Shown here: piece by piece, positions 1 through 14,454 of the stretch
Position numbering within the stretch: position 1 is the first letter of the stretch
Layout of the letters: each line of letters begins with the position of its first letter
Origin: Catajapyx aquilonaris
Taxonomy: Eukaryota
Assembly (NCBI GenBank): GCA_000934665.2
Contig: KZ539130.1
Span: 1-59,964 of the forward strand
Length of the DNA: 59,964 bases
Reading direction: 5' to 3'
The notes under the pieces: model-generated
Told to the model about the DNA's origin: nothing
The model's input: only the letters and a program-made list of their open reading frames with translations
The model's database searches: none
Translations under genes and position numbers: made by a program

Positions 1-579
1 TACTCCGGAACGGGAACTGATATCTTAAAACGGAATATGCCAAAAAAATCCAAAAAATATGGGCGAATTTATTATGTAGTTTCCAAAATGAAGGCTAGTT
101 CCCCATTCTACACCTATACATCATATGTGCGCAAAACTTACGTCATGATGGCACAGCCCTCCCAGTCATATAAAACTATTTGAGCATGTGTGGCTCAAAT
201 TGTTTTAAAATGGCAATACTTTTCTTGAATCCCCACTCCTTCATGAATACTGCAGTTTGGTCCTTGTTCTTTTGGGGAATTCGACGGCAATATTCACTGT
301 AAATGTGTATCACATGACACTTGACGAACCTTTTTCAAGTGAAATAGGACATCCCTCACTACCAGTCATATTCAAGATACAGTATTTACCCAAGTAAGAA
401 AGTTAATTGAGTAGCAAGTGAAGCTACATCATGTTAATACTCATGCAAACAATTTTGTACTGTGCAACCATCATGTAGTAACAACAGCCAATTGGTCAAA
501 TATATTTTTCTACACTACATTGTACCTGTTTATTTCTGCCTTGAGAGGCAACTACATTAATGCCAGTCATTATCACAAC

Positions 580-702
580 CAAGGGGTTAGCAACTCCCCA
601 AAAAAGTGTACACCAGATCCTGGAACCGGGAGGTTCCACCCGGTTCCAGGCTGGTTCCTTGGCCAGTGTGTACACCGGTTCCAGGGAGTTGCTAGCCCCT
701 TG
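580..702. mobile_element. 123-bp hAT-type MITE
   Basis: TIRs CAAGGGGTTAGCAACTCCC / GGGAGTTGCTAGCCCCTTG; 8-bp TSD ATCACAAC at 572-579 and 703-710. Confidence 0.8.
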
Positions 703-1318
703 ATCACAACCCATTTTATCCACATGTCAAGCCCACTCTTGACATGCCCCCCTCATAGTGGAAATTTAGGCAAATCCCAGGTGATGCAGAGTCATTTTAC
801 CCATGTTCCCATGTTGGTAGCATGGTCAATCATGTTTATGCACACATCATTCAAAATATACATGTACAGTAATATATTTTTAAAATCTAACGTCAAATTA
901 AGGCAGTTTTATGAGAAGCTAAAGGCTCCTTTGTGGGATGAATGCGGACAAAGGAGACCGAGTTAGGCCTAGTTCCTTGTGGCCTTGCCAGTTTAGTCAG
1001 ATAGCCAGGCTACAGTTGTTATGTTGAATCCTATTCTCTTGCTCATAGAGAGCAAAATTGAGGACGTATCCTCTCTTTGGAAAATGAAGGTTGATCTTAT
1101 GGTAGATATGTTACACACTTCCCACCAGAATTGAGAGAACCCTCCCACTTTTCCCATGATCATGTGCACTTGAGATTAGGCCTTGAGAAAAGTTCACCCC
1201 ATGAAGAAACGCTAAATTTATTTTTTTAAAGGCACATAAAATAATATTTGGTCAGGTTTGCCATACGACAACAATCTCTTGACCAAACTTTCAAAAGGAT
1301 GAGCTCAAGTGGCAGTAC

Positions 1319-4300
1319 CTGGGTTGAAGCGATGAAGATCATTGAAATGGAGGTCCATCAAGCCATTGTAGCCACCAAATATGTACAGGAGTCCATTCAG
1401 CACAACTAAAAGAGAAAAAACTGGTGATTAAAAATTGTTCTGGTGATGGTAGAGAGGATATTCTGTATTTCTTGGTTAATTTTTAGACATGTTCCAAGAG
1501 AGTTTGAAAAGAAGTCACTGACTCTTCCTTTTTCAGTCCTAAAAATAACCCTTTACTGCTCTTTCCAGAACAGGTTTTTCCATTACCACAATAATATTTG
1601 AAGTTGTCATAACACAATGAAACCTGTTTATAGCTGAATCCCATGGGATCCAAAACAATTTCCATGATGGACAGGTTTCCGCTATATCTGTAAAAAAACA
1701 AAAAAACACGGTCCTATCTTATGTTTTTCACCATTATCAACATGTTTAGCAATTTGACGATGGACAATGAACAAATACGTTTATTTCATGTCTTTATATT
1801 TATGGGCCTGCCATGGGTTCAGTGTGGAAGTCTGGGAAAAGATTTCTTCTGAAAATGTCAGGTGTAGTACTTCGTCATTTACATTCACCTAAGATTGTGT
1901 GACCTTGAACACAAAGCCTGGGCCCGTCCATAAATCATGTGACACTTTCTTGGGTCATTTTTGACCCCCTGCCCCTTTGTCGCATGATATTCTTTGTTCC
2001 TATTGAGACTGCATTCGTACTTGACAATGCTATATTGCAAGACATATAAACGGCGGTATATTGAAAGAGACGAACACTAACAACCAAAGTAACTCTTCTT
2101 ACCCTCATGAATTTTGAAACATTTTGGATTTTCTAATTCTCCTTGGCCTATAGTGTTGAGAAACCACACCTCCACTGCCAATCTCCACGTTAGAAAATAC
2201 AGTCAAAATGCGATGTTCCGAAGCCACAACACCTGCATCCGGTCGCGAGTCGCCGGTCCCGTCTGGCTGGTCGCGGTCGCCTTTCACCGCGTCTGTAGCG
2301 CTCTCCGGTGCCGCGAAGGAGAAGGGTCATCTCGCACGCTTAGAAGTCGAAGGCGATTATAATAATGGAGAGCCTTCCTGGCAGCTAGGACCGGCGACTC
2401 GCGACCGGATGCAGGTGTTGTGGCTTCGGAACATCGCATTTTGGCTGTATTTTCACCCAGCTAACGTGGAAATTAGCAGTGGAGGTGATGTTTTCTCAAC
2501 ACTATAGGCCAAGCAGAATTAGAAAATTCACAAAATTTCAAAATTCAGGAGGGTAAGAAGAGTTACTTTGGTTGTAAACCCAATAGACAGTGCTGGCATT
2601 GAATTTGAATAATTAAATTCGATTATCTACGTCTTCTAGCCGTAAGCGAAAAAAATCAACTAGAGTGAAATCGTCTTTAAAAATGTCTCACATATGAGGG
2701 GTGTCAGATCAAAGGAAGCTAAGTCAACATGAAGTGAATTTACAGGAAATACAAAAAAACCACTAATGACTTAACTTTCACCTGTACAAGCTTGAAAATT
2801 TGAACGTACATGTGTTACCGGAGTTCAATTTCATATGCAAATGTACGCAAATGTGCCATCAATAATCATTGACATTGATCTGGGCTTGGCCGTATTTGAT
2901 CCAAACCACTGGACTTGGCCGTCTTTGAAAGTAATCAAGCACTGATATGCTGCAAAATTAGGATAAATTTTGGTGACAGGGACAGACAACATGAAGACAA
3001 CATATCCCTGCAAGGATGAGCACTCATTCACATGAATAAATATCACACAATGACTTTAGTTGCAGTATTAGGCTTGCAGCTATGTAAAGGAGGGGTCACA
3101 TGACTGCAGGACGCCCGTTAATTGGCCGATTTGGACTTGGCCATCTTCGATGCCAACTACCCAAAGAACTTGGCCGATATTGATCGCAACCACATTTTTT
3201 CAACGCTCCGCACATAGTCTAGAGGTTAATTGTGAATAAAATTGGGTTGCCCAATTGGTAAAGACTGGCAATACCAAGTGCATGGGTGACTCTGATGCAT
3301 AACCCCCCCCCCAGCAGCATCACGTGATTTATGGACGGCCCCAAATTTTCCCCTGCTTGTTCTTTTCGCAGTCGTTTTTTTTTTACTTAGTATAGTTTCT
3401 GTTCGCATATTGCACCGCTGGTAAGTGCGGCCCACACTAATCTCTATCAAATCTCAATCTAGTCGAGTTTGACACCTCTCCTCTACAGCATAAGGCAATG
3501 GAACGTAAAAGAAAGCCACAAGATCACGAGAACCCTCACTACTCACATGCAGAGTGGCTCCTCCTGCCAACCAAGACAGGCTCTGGAACTTCTGGCCTAT
3601 GCCACTTGTTCGTGACTGTGTCTAGATATATTATCTGGTTGCAATATATCTCATCCTGGGAATGGTACGGTCCACTCACATCACCCCTTCCACCAAAGAT
3701 GTACATTCGCCTGCCAATAGCTGATGCGGAGTGGAAATCTCTGTATGCAGGTGGCGCACCGGTTGTACTTATGTATGACCATGTCATACTGCGCAGGTCA
3801 AGGGCATGGACATCCTGGGAGAAGCGATCCAGATCTTCTTCATAGCCGCCAAACACGTACATGTGGTCATCAATCACACAAGCAGAGTGCCCATCGCGGG
3901 CACCTGGGATCATCCCTTCCACTTTTGGCCGGCTCCATTGGTAGGTGGCTGGAATAAATTACTTGTAATAGTTACTATATTGAAGATATATTACTATATA
4001 AAGAGTAACCCCTGTCATCTCATATGCAGACACATACAGCCAATGAATTGTCATGTGTGGGCAGTTAAGCACTAAAGGGTAACTACCAGGGTAACACATC
4101 AAAAGTATTAGAAGTACGCAAGTTACCATTGCTCTCCAGAGCAGGACACTAAAAGATGCTTGCTGGAAATATTTATGATGCCTATTCTCATTTGTAAACC
4201 TAAACTTTTGGTACAAGAAGTGCATGGGAGTGTCAAATAGCAAAAGGAAAGGTAGAAAATTGCAAAAGAAGTAGCTTGAACCGATATGCTGAATGTTTTT

Positions 4301-7300
4301 TACTAGTAGGTCCACCTGGCTGTCAGTGTATTCCTTGGCCCAAAACAAGTCAAAAATGTAGGGGGGAGAAATGTCAAGGGAGTAACCATAGACGACATAG
4401 ATGATGATGGAGATTTGGATTCTGCTTCCACCCACCCAACAGCTTTTCTGTAGGGAAGGAGGCAAACCGATCTACACCCGCTTGTGCAGTGGTTGATTAA
4501 GTGGCAGAATATGATCCCAATATCGATGGACCTGAGCAAATAGGTGACCTTACCAGATACGAGGGGCGTTCTGAAAGTTCGCGACTTTTTCATTAAGGAG
4601 TTTTGATATTCGATATTAAAATGGGGCACCAAGTAGAGGCATTCTTCGGCTGATCACAGGATATTTCACCATCCCTATATGAATCATATAATATTATAAT
4701 AATGGATACCCCGTGATAGGCCCCTTGGGCCTCTTACGGGATCATCTTTTAATAGACCGACTTTAATCATTTGCCTGTAATGTGATGGATTTTGATAGTG
4801 GGAGGAAACGGGAGAACCCCGAGAAAACCCACACGAACACGGAGAGAACCCATCGAAACTCCATCCACATAAGTATCCTCCGTCCGACCCGGGGATCGAA
4901 CTCGGGACCTTAGAGGTGGAAGGCTGCTGCGCTAACCACTCGGCCACCGTGTCGCCCTATGAATAATATAAAAGGGAGGAAAAAATTGAGCGTAGTGCAA
5001 AGTGCAGTGAGTCTTCTGCATGGACAACACTTAGCATCGCTCTGTCATCAAATATCTCACCTTGAAGTGGATGAGCACTGTGGATATTTATAAGGACATG
5101 CCAGAGACAATGAGAGGCTGTTGTCCATCATACTCAATGGTTACGATATGGGTCGTATGCTTCAAGTGTGGGAAAGAGAGCATAGAAGATGACCCCCACT
5201 CGGGAAGGCCAGCAATTGCTGTGACCGATGAGAACATCTTTGCTGTGGAGACCATGGTAATGGGAGACAGGCAGTTGACGGTGTATTACGTAGCAGAGGT
5301 ACTGGCCATCATTGGCTGTGGTGGATGCCATCCTTCATCAACACCTTCGCCTTAGCTAGGTCTCCTCTCTTTGGGTACCGCTCAGTCTCACAGTTCGCCA
5401 CTCAAGCTGAGCTGTCACAGACCAACTCGGAATTATTTTCCGTGACAAGGACGTCTTTTTCGCACTGTTAGTGCTACAAAACGAAACTTGCAGCCTTTTT
5501 CTATTCCCCAATATCAAAATCAACTTTATGGAAGGGTCAATGGATCTGTCTATGAAGTGATTTCTGCTGTGGAGGCACTGTTGGGTGGGGTTTCAAAAAC
5601 AATTTTTTGGGGACCAAATAGAACAATGGGAGAAACTCGAGACAAAGCTTATTAACATGAAAGGAGGCTTTGTTGAAAAATAAAATATCATTGTTTGCCT
5701 ACCTCTTGTTTTTCAAGGAAAAGTCGCGAACTTTCAGAACGCCCCTCGTACATTAGTTATCCCACGCAAAATGAAATGAACATATCTAATACTAAATGTG
5801 GTCAAACTAAATGAAAGATGGGGTACTGAAGTTTGGTGAAAGCCGAATTAGCATCAACTAGGTGTGTGTCACATTCATAAATGCCATCATGCTGGGGGTG
5901 TTTTTGGTCCCTCTCCAGGAAGATGGTAGAAGAGAGGTGGAAGAGGGCGGGGCTTCCGGAATATCCCCCACATCCCCCCTCTCCACCATTAAACCCAAAA
6001 ACGGGCGGAATAGTGTAGAGGGGAGAAAACTCTCAAAACACTTGAAGAGAGCCAGGCGAGGACCCTGGCCAAGATGGAAGGCGGCGGCAGCGGCCCACAG
6101 ATCCAGCCTCGCGCTTCCCGCCCTCCCTCCGCTCCACCCCCCTCTCCAAAAAGTCTCTTCCACCTCCGAGGAGAGAAGACACTTTGTGGGAATTTGTGGA
6201 GAGCTCCGCCCATTTCACCCCCCTGCAACTTTCTGGAGAGGCACCAAAAACGCTCGGGTAGAGGCCACGCTCCCTCCCCAGCTTCCTGGAGAGGGACCAA
6301 AAACACCCCTCTGTCTTTTGCTCCCTCTGGATGTATTTTGTATTGTACGTGGTCAAACGCCCATTATTGATTACTAGTAGTCAAATGCCATGCTTGTGAA
6401 CTACACCTTCAGTAAGGCTAGACCAGCCCCCGGACACTTATACTACATTCTGATCTTATCGCCTGCCGGAGCGTTTTGCAGGGGGTGGGTGGGAGTGACC
6501 AGATCTGAGTATTCTAAGATCATGGGCTAGACCCACCAGATGCTTTTCATCATGTATTCTGCACCATTTAAATATGGGTATGAGCCATTGCTATTCTGAC
6601 AAGGGAAGTGTTAAGTGTTGTCCGTGGAGTTTCTGAATGAAACTTGGGACAATAATATGGGCAGGTAAGTTATTAAAGAAAATGCAAACAATTTAGGCGG
6701 ATGCCCACAAGGTCAAAAGTTATGACATCTCGAACTCACAAGGGACACTTTCCAAGGTCTTACCGATTTTCTTGAAATTCGGTACATTGGTAGCCCACCC
6801 CACGGGATGAAAAACGCACCGAAAGTGACCTGCTCAAAATGACCAGGTGACCCCTTTTTGGGGGGCAGAGGTCAACTCTTAAATGCCGAAAACTCACCCA
6901 CTTTCTTGATATTCGGTGCATTGGTAGCCCCCAAAAAGGGGACACCGGGTCCTTTTGAGCAGGTCACTTTAGGTGCGTTTTTCATCCCTTGGGGTGGCCT
7001 AACAATGTACCGAATTTCAAGAAAATCGGTAAGACCTTCGAAAGTGTCCCTTGTGAGTTCGAGAGGTCATAACTTTTGACCTTGTGGGCATCCGCCTAAA
7101 TTGTTTGCATTTTCTTTAATAACTTACCTACCTATATTATTGTCCCAAGTTTCATTCAGAAACTCCACGGACAACACTTACACTTCCCTTGTGAGTTCAA
7201 TGGGGCTAGTATGTTAACCCTTTGAGGCCTATGGACATCATACGATGTACTGCTGGTCTTTGAACTGGGCGTGCCAGAGTTTAGACAGAAATGGCGCAGT

Positions 7301-10300
7301 TTGAGGCTCAAACTGCTCCTACCACCTCATGGAAGGGGATTCAACTACCATGGCGTATGCTATCAGTTTGTCTGCCTCCCAGCGTGAGCTAAACATACCC
7401 TCTCTCGCGGCGTCAGAACAGGGTGTGCCGTAAGTCTGGACTCTTAGGAATTTCTCAAAGTAGTGTTTTAGTATTATTATGTAACTATAGTAACAATTTC
7501 ATAGTGACTATAAAAATTTTGACAAATTTAATTAAGTTTGAAGTTAATTGCACTTGAAAAAACCAAAAAAATCTGTTGGGTGGGGTGGATGCATTTGTCT
7601 CAGGGGAACCCAAATCTCCATCGTCAACAGTTATTCCCTCAACATTTCTCCCCCTTACATGTTTGGCTCATTTTGGCCAAGGAATACGCTGACTGTCAGT
7701 GGACCTACTAGTAAGAAACATCCTGTATACTTGTATAGCATATATGCCACTATTTACAAAGTTCTGTTGGGAACACATGCATCCTGTGTATTTTCCCTGT
7801 CACTCTCACAGGGTTTTGTCGGTGAGTTACACAGTAGGGCGGTAGCAAGTGATTTTTTTCACTCTTGCCCCATCTCTGCTCCTGGACTATATCATCAGCA
7901 TTCCCAATTTTATGGGCACTTCTTTGTCCTATTTAACCCTAATAAGACGGGCGTATCATATGCTGATACGCTGGTTTTAAAAAATTCTGCTGGCGAAACT
8001 ATAGTGTTTTCCCACTATGTAACGTGGTTTCTGTGTGGCTTTTTAAATTTTCTGTCGCGTAAAAAATCGCGAGTTTTGGACTACAAAATCGTGCATAAAT
8101 AAACCGGATTAACCAGATTAACTTGAATGAAATCATCTTTTTGCGGCCGCTGAAAAAAAAAACTTTTTTTAAAAAAATCCGACCTTGACCAGCAAATTTT
8201 TGGCATACATAGTTGCCCCCAAACCTCCTCAAGAGATTCCACCCTAAAATTAGTGCAAAAGATGATTCAATAATTTTAAAATAAATAAATAACGTTCGTA
8301 AATGACAATTAGCCGATGGCGGGAGTCTGTGCACTTCAACGCCGGCCTTCGTGTGGCTGGAGGGCGCATATGTACTGCTTTCTTCAGCGGTGCCAAGGCT
8401 ACATACCGCTAATTTTTTGTGAAGCAGGCAGAGTGACAAAAAAATGGGAGTCGGCGCGAAAAATAACCCTGCGCCACCTTGTTTGCGAGTTTAAGACTTT
8501 TCATCTCCGCATGGAATGAGAGGAGGGTCACATAGATGGCCTCAGGATCAAGCCTGGACACTAGACGATCTTATTCACTAGTGTTTTCAAGTCTCGTCCC
8601 CCAAGTCCCAAAGAAAGAAATTTTTTTGCAAATACTTGCAAAAACGCGAAAAACCACCCGTCTTATTAGGGTTAAGCCAGATAATTGAGCAACTACTGCA
8701 TTGCTATACTGGGGGGTTAACCAATTATCTTTAATGATTTTAACTGTAAATTGATGGGTTCCATAATTTCTTATTTATTGAAAATTTTGGGAGGGGGCAA
8801 CAAACACAACAACAAAACTGGCCTCTTGCTATAAGGAATGGTCGAAATTGCATTGGGTTAATCTAAACAGTTGTTGCAGTTTGGGTCACAGCCAAAAAAA
8901 CAATTCTTTCACTCACGGCAGGGGAGTCAATGTATTCCAGTAACCGGAATATTTCATCTCTCTTTCTACACTTCCACCTTTAAAAATGACCAGCACCAAT
9001 AGCATTGTTTTTTAAAAATATATGTAATTTTTTTGGAATGAGCAAAAAGTGCGACATTTTCAAAAAAATTCTGCCCGAATATACTGATGAAATATGTTGT
9101 GATTACAATTTTGTGATTTTTTTCCCCAAGATGTGGATAGGGCATAAATCCACACAGACACAGCATTACTTTAGGAAGAACACTATGTTTTTGCCAACAT
9201 AATTTTATTTCCTCTGCTGCCATCACATACAGGGTGTCCCAAGTTCAAGTGATGATTTAACAGTTATGAATGTCAGTGATTTTGCGCCATTCATGTAGCA
9301 GCTACGTCTGAAATGTTACCTCTCCAGCATCATCAGCTGCCAATATCAGCATACATGTAATGAATCCTGCTGGGTTGACCTGGAAAAAAGTAGGTGCACA
9401 CATGACCTGAGATGCGCCTGGGTGAAATGGGTAACGCTCAAAGTACCAGATGGACTTGGAATGCCTGCACATGAAGCACAGGGTTACTCCAAGTCTTTAT
9501 TTGGTGTAGCTGTTTCGTTTGCAGGCTTACCCCTTGCATTCCAAGTCCATCTGGTACTTTGGGTGTTACCCATTTCACCCAGGCGCATCTCAGGTCATGT
9601 GTGCACCTACTTTTTCCAGGTGAACCCAGCAGGATTCATTACATGAATGCTGTGATTGTCAGCTAATATTTTCGACGACGCCGAGGTAACATTTTACCCG
9701 TAGCTACTACATGAATGGCTCATAATCGCTGATATTCATAACCGTTAAATCGTCACTTGAACTTGGGACACCCTGTATATGTAACTCCCACCATATTAGT
9801 GTTATACTCATTACCTTGACAAGAATTTAAGCGCACTAATTTACTTGATGGAAAAGTAGTTAAGGAGTTCACTCACTTGTGTCAAAGCAGAAGAGTGTGT
9901 TGCAGGCTAGTTCATCATTTCTTCCTCCCCAAATGTACACCTTTTCACCATACACTACAGCAGTGTGCCCATATCGTTGGTAAGGAGTGTCATAATACTG
10001 CGGTGTTCCTAGGGCAGCGACAGGTAGAGCTGCCCATCGGTAACTCACTGCAAGGAACAAAGCCCTCTAATTAGTCAAATTCCATTTACCTGTAAAGGGT
10101 TTATCTTTTTAAAGCTGCATTGAGTTGCACAAATTTCATTCATGCTTGAAATGTTTTTGTATAATATTACAAAGTTTTTCCCTTACAACTAGCAACCTGG
10201 TTGCTGCACATAGATGCATGCAATCTATCATCATCCTAACATTAATACAGTTGTACATTTGTTTTAATACACTTTTGCATGGAGTTGATTCAACACAAAT

Positions 10301-13300
10301 TCAAAGACCCAATTTAAAAACCACATTGATTTCACAGAGTTGTCAAAATTAATTATGGAACTATTTAGTACAATGACAGGAGGCTATTTTGGTGACTTTT
10401 GTCTACCATATTTACGCGCATATAAGACGCACACGCGTATAAGACGCACCCCGGTTTCGAGGCGAAAAATCGTGGAAAATCGGTTGTTGACTTATATAAG
10501 ACGCACCCAGATTTATTGCCGTAGTTTGGGAACTGGCCTCGAGCTGCCGGCAGCAACCTCGTGTGCAATGCATGTGCAATGCATGTGCGTGTGGAATCCA
10601 TTAGAATCCAGTAAAAAGGGGGGGGCAAGTGGAAAATGGCACAATGCTACGCATCTGAAACGTGTAGGTAGCAAGGTCACACCGGAATTGTGCACGTGTG
10701 TGGACGGGGAGAGCATAACAATGGAAGTGAAGGAGAAACGCAGGTCGTACCGCGTGCCGATTCCAAGAGGAAAGTGATCAACTGTGCTGACAGGACATCA
10801 AACTGACAAGCTTAAATTTTTCAATGAACGATTTTCACGATTTCTCACGGGTTTCACCAGTTGTGCCCTGCCATATAAGACGCACACTCGTATAAGACGC
10901 ACCCTATTTTTTCAGCTACAAAAATCGGAAAAAAAGTGCTTCTTATATGCGCGTAAATACGGTACTTTCTTGTCAAGGTCAGCATGTAATGATTCAATGA
11001 CTTAGGCAGGTAAAAAGGTAAGCCCAGAACGAGTGGTCCACATTTTTCATACAGGATTCATCACATGTGCTAGATTTACTATCAATCAGAATGCAAATGT
11101 CCTTCAAATCATAAATTTTTAAACCCTACAGTTTACCCGGCTCATTTTCAATCTATACTAGCTGGGAAATTGTTACAAGTTGTTGCTTGTGTGTATAATA
11201 TTTGCACTGGCAAATTGGGACAACATGGCAAGGACTGTGGCAAGGGCATGACCAATTTACATGATACTTGTAATCTATGACTTTCTTAGCTCAACGCCTA
11301 CAATATAGGAATGAAGATAAAAACTGTGATATCACATATGCCAGTGACCATGGACATTCCACTTCTCTTGCTAAAGATACCACTGAAGGTATAATAAAAC
11401 AGTCCAACACTAATATGTTGACACATTCAGCTCTTACAGACATTATTCCAAGAGATTGACTACTAATGAGAAGCTGCAATTCCATATGTGCAGAGGTGGA
11501 GAGTAACACATTAAACTTTGGTATCTTTGTTCAAACCTTCAATAAATGGTCCTGAGTGTTGTGTCAATCACCACAAGCAAGAGAGGAGCCAGTGTGAAGT
11601 GGAGGAGACCAATCTGGTCAAACATGCAAGGTGTTTGATAACAACATCGACAATGTTCTAGGGTGAACTCCAGGAACCAGACGGTCTCAATCTATCCTTT
11701 ATGAATCCTGTAATCATCATGGAACCTTTATTTCCCTCTACAAAACGTTTCCAAATCTCGGCCAATAAAACTCTGCACACTATGTTAATACCATAACACT
11801 GCAGAATAATTCTTTGTTCACTTGGCAAATGACTCCGCATCATGGAACCCTTCAGATAGTCCCAAGAAACCCTGGAGTTTTGAGGAACACCAGTTTAAGA
11901 CCTCCTTTTTAGATTAGAGTATACTAGACAGCAACTTGCCAAAATTAGGGCAAATTTCTAAAGGAGGGAGAGAGATTTTAACTAGTTTAACACAAACAGT
12001 GTCTCCTCTCCATGTGCATATGCAGCACAGCCAAGAGAGAATTCAAAATCAGGTAAAGGAAGCTTCACACCAACATAACATCTCAATGTCAATCAAATGT
12101 AGACTTTTTTTTAAAAAAATACCCCATCATTGGGAGAATCGGCGCTCCATTAGGGGGGTGGAATACCACCATTGGATGGGGTCAAGGATAGGGAAGGAAG
12201 CGGCTGTGTCCTATTATATGAAAGAGACCCAGGAATTATCCTAGGGGGACCGTGGAAAACCACAGAAAACCAAGGTTGCCAGACGCCGCCATGGTGCGGG
12301 TCCAAGACCTCCTTCACGCAGGTGAAAGGCAACTCCGGGGGGGGGGNNNNNNNNNNNNNNNNNNNNNNNNNNNNNNNNNNNNNNCCCCCCCCCCCCACAC
12401 ACACACACAATTTCTGGATCCGCCACTGGCTGAAATACCTGAATTATTGGGACATAATACGATTCCATCATTGCTACCAGCACTGCACAATTAAATGTGA
12501 CAATCGCCACATTGCATTGCTTGTAAAGTGAAGCAATGAGTGGAGAAAACATTATATGTCCTAGCGTTCTATAATTATATAGGACGCCTTGTAACTTCTG
12601 TCATAATTAAAATTTCACGCTGAACTATTTTTTTCTTAGTTTTCGCCTTCTAATGCATGCCTTAAAATACTTTAAATAATAGTTAAGCGGGGAAGACCCG
12701 GCCAATATGGCCTTGCATCCCTATAATAATACTATTAAAATATCATCAGTAGATCAACCTCACGAACAAATTAGTTAATTACATAATATTACCAGTGCAT
12801 AATTGCCATATGGACAAGGGCCTTCTCTCTACTCCTGTTCAAGTTCAGTTTGTAAATTTTTAAAAACAAACAAATCAGTTCACCAAAGTTATGTGAATTT
12901 CCTAATTGTGAACATTTTTAGGGTAAATGGTATAAACTATAAAGTCTAAGGGTTGAATTTGGTGTAAGTCTACAACTAGTTTTTATCTCATTGTAATGCA
13001 AATTCTGACTTCCTGACTCTTCTACTTCCTGCAAAAATTCCCCCATGAAATGTTACTTTTAGACTTTTTTGAAGTAAAGTCTTATAGAACGGCTCTGTCT
13101 GTGGATAGGTATCAGACAGACAGAGCCGTGCTATAAAACTTTTTTCCATTATCGGGTTCCGGGTTCACTCTATCTGGCCCTTCCCACTGGATGCTCCCTC
13201 CCCTCACCACCCCTCCCCCAGATCACCTTTTCACCCCTCCCTCCTCCTACCCCATGATACCAGATACCTGTCCACAGACGGACGGATGGACAGCCAAGCA

Positions 13301-14454
13301 ATAAGACTTTTTTCGATGGATGAGAAGAGGCCTAAAATATGGGTTTGCTAGGATAGATTTTTTAAAGGGGAAAGGGGCCGTCTGGGGGTAGGAAGAGGGA
13401 GGGGGAAACGGGTTAAGTCCACTTTTGACTGAAAATGAGTTAAGGGTAATTTCAGTTTCAGTCCCGACCCTGTGATGGACGTTGGGGACAATAGCAGTAA
13501 ACATGAAAAAGTCTACTCTAATCACGCTCATGTGATTTGCCAATCTTGTTTCTAAAATCAAGCCAATAATTAGGCTGTATTTTTACACTCCGATGATAAG
13601 ATAAATAGGGGCTTGGATATTTCAGTTTCCACAAACTCTTGAAATGGCAAAAAAGCTCCACACTGTAAAACAAACACGGCAGCCAAGAAAAAGCACCAAA
13701 AAAAATGTAAATAATAATAATAATAATCTTGAACTACAAACATGTCAAGGTGATTGCACAAAAGCATCAGATTGAAAAATTTGGTCAAGCAACCACGTTA
13801 GACCACTTCATATGGATTGACCCTTTTAAAAAACAAGTATGACAATTACCAAAAAATTGAAGACCCCAGGATAAATATATTCTGACCTCATATTTGGTTT
13901 CAGCATCAGGACCTATATCAGAATAGCTCAAATTATTATCTATGTCACTAAATCACTGCCGGCCAGTGTTTTTGAAGTTCGGACTGACATCACCCTTGTC
14001 ATTAATATGCGGCTTACCATAATAACAACGCTGACATACGCCCAAGCTTTCAAAAAGCTGAGTATAGTCGCACTGTAAAGATATCCAGGTTTCAGCCACA
14101 CTTCTCCCTAGCCACCGAAACTCCCACCAAAATCCACAAAATGACCACCCAGCTGGTACATGACCCACATACTTCTGCAAACAGTCCCTAACCCTACAGG
14201 TCAAATAAGGTCCATATCTCACCCCAAAGTCGGGGTCATTGAACGGCCATAGCCCCCCCACCTATCCTTCCCCGATTTAAATAACCCTATTCCCAGTCCT
14301 TACTGGTGTTCAGGACGTGTACATCCATGGGGCTCCGATTCAAGTAGTTCTCTCCAGTACAATATCCACCAAATGAGTAGATCCGTTCTCCGACGGCCAC
14401 TGCAGCATGGTTGACACGACGCGGGCCACCTTCCAGAGACACCGTCCACCTCAT
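1319..14454 (-). CDS. KLHDC3: Kelch domain-containing protein 3, 5' part (4 coding exons; remainder apparently left of the window)
   Basis: Exons 14304-14454 (MRWTVSLEGGPRRVNHAAVAVGERIYSFGGYCTG), 9877-10047 (YQRYGHTAVVYGEKVYIWGGRND), 3547-3948 (PGARDGHSAC...RDFHSA...GRRSHSA) and 1319-1405 (FVLNGLLYIFGGYNGLMDLHFNDLHRFNP). All junctions are GT-AG and phase 1, and splice in frame. The N-terminus and kelch GG repeats match KLHDC3 as I remember it. Confidence 0.93.
1920..3342. mobile_element. Non-autonomous TIR element (GGGGCCGTCCATAA termini), PIF/Harbinger-like
   Basis: 23-bp inverted termini with 2 mismatches. The same termini occur at about 56511-57259. The TSD is not clear. Confidence 0.55.
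2081..2574. mobile_element. Fold-back MITE with TAA TSD (PIF/Tourist-like)
   Basis: Near full-length palindrome CAACCAAAGTAACTCTTCTTACCCTC...GAGGGTAAGAAGAGTTACTTTGGTTG, with TAA on both sides. Confidence 0.85.
4560..5748 (+). mobile_element. Internally deleted mariner element
   Basis: 30-bp TIR CGAGGGGCGTTCTGAAAGTTCGCGACTTTT with TA TSD. Transposase HTH remnant at about 5030-5310 (VIKYL..SYSMVTIW..FKCGKESIEDDPHSGRP) and a C-terminal FFLFPNIK remnant. Confidence 0.9.
4692..4957 (-). mobile_element. tRNA-derived SINE, family A (inserted in the mariner)
   Basis: A box GGTGGCCGAGTGG and B box GAGTTCGATCCC; 14-bp TSD TATGAAT(C/A)ATATAA. Homologous copy at 20456-20714; tail fragment at about 36950-37010. 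Confidence 0.85.
6600..7191. mobile_element. Fold-back MITE with TGA TSD
   Basis: Almost perfect 590-bp palindrome CAAGGGAAGTG...CACTTCCCTTG flanked by TGA. Related remnants at about 46905-47120. Confidence 0.85.
7937..8671. mobile_element. piggyBac-type non-autonomous element
   Basis: TTAA TSD and TIR CCCTAATAAGACGGG. Confidence 0.85.
9230..9775. mobile_element. Fold-back Tc1/mariner-type MITE
   Basis: TA-CAGGGTGTCCCAAGTTCAAGTGA...TCACTTGAACTTGGGACACCCTG-TA; palindromic along most of its length. Confidence 0.85.
10406..10962 (+). mobile_element. Tc2/pogo-type non-autonomous element
   Basis: TA TSD, TIR CC(A/G)TATTTACGCGCATATAAGA, repeated TATAAGACGCAC subterminal motif, and a transposase-start-like MEVKEKRRSY. 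Confidence 0.8.
12347..12384. other. Assembly gap (38 N) between a poly-G and a poly-C run
   Basis: Run of n in the sequence. Confidence 1.

Noticed and set aside
418..966. 182-aa ORF at the left edge
   Set aside because: It is antisense within a KLHDC3 intron, spans a hAT MITE and has no domain signal.
4880..4957. tRNA-like sequences (also about 17560-17630, 20650-20714, 48400-48470, 51070-51140, 56760-56830, 57360-57430)
   Set aside because: They have A and B boxes but continue into shared SINE bodies, most with simple-repeat tails and TSDs, so they are not tRNA genes.
5858..6377. Several overlapping 100-170 aa ORFs in a GC-rich patch
   Set aside because: No recognisable protein motif. 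The region has internal inverted repeats (about 5896-5925 versus 6280-6310), typical of a TE remnant.
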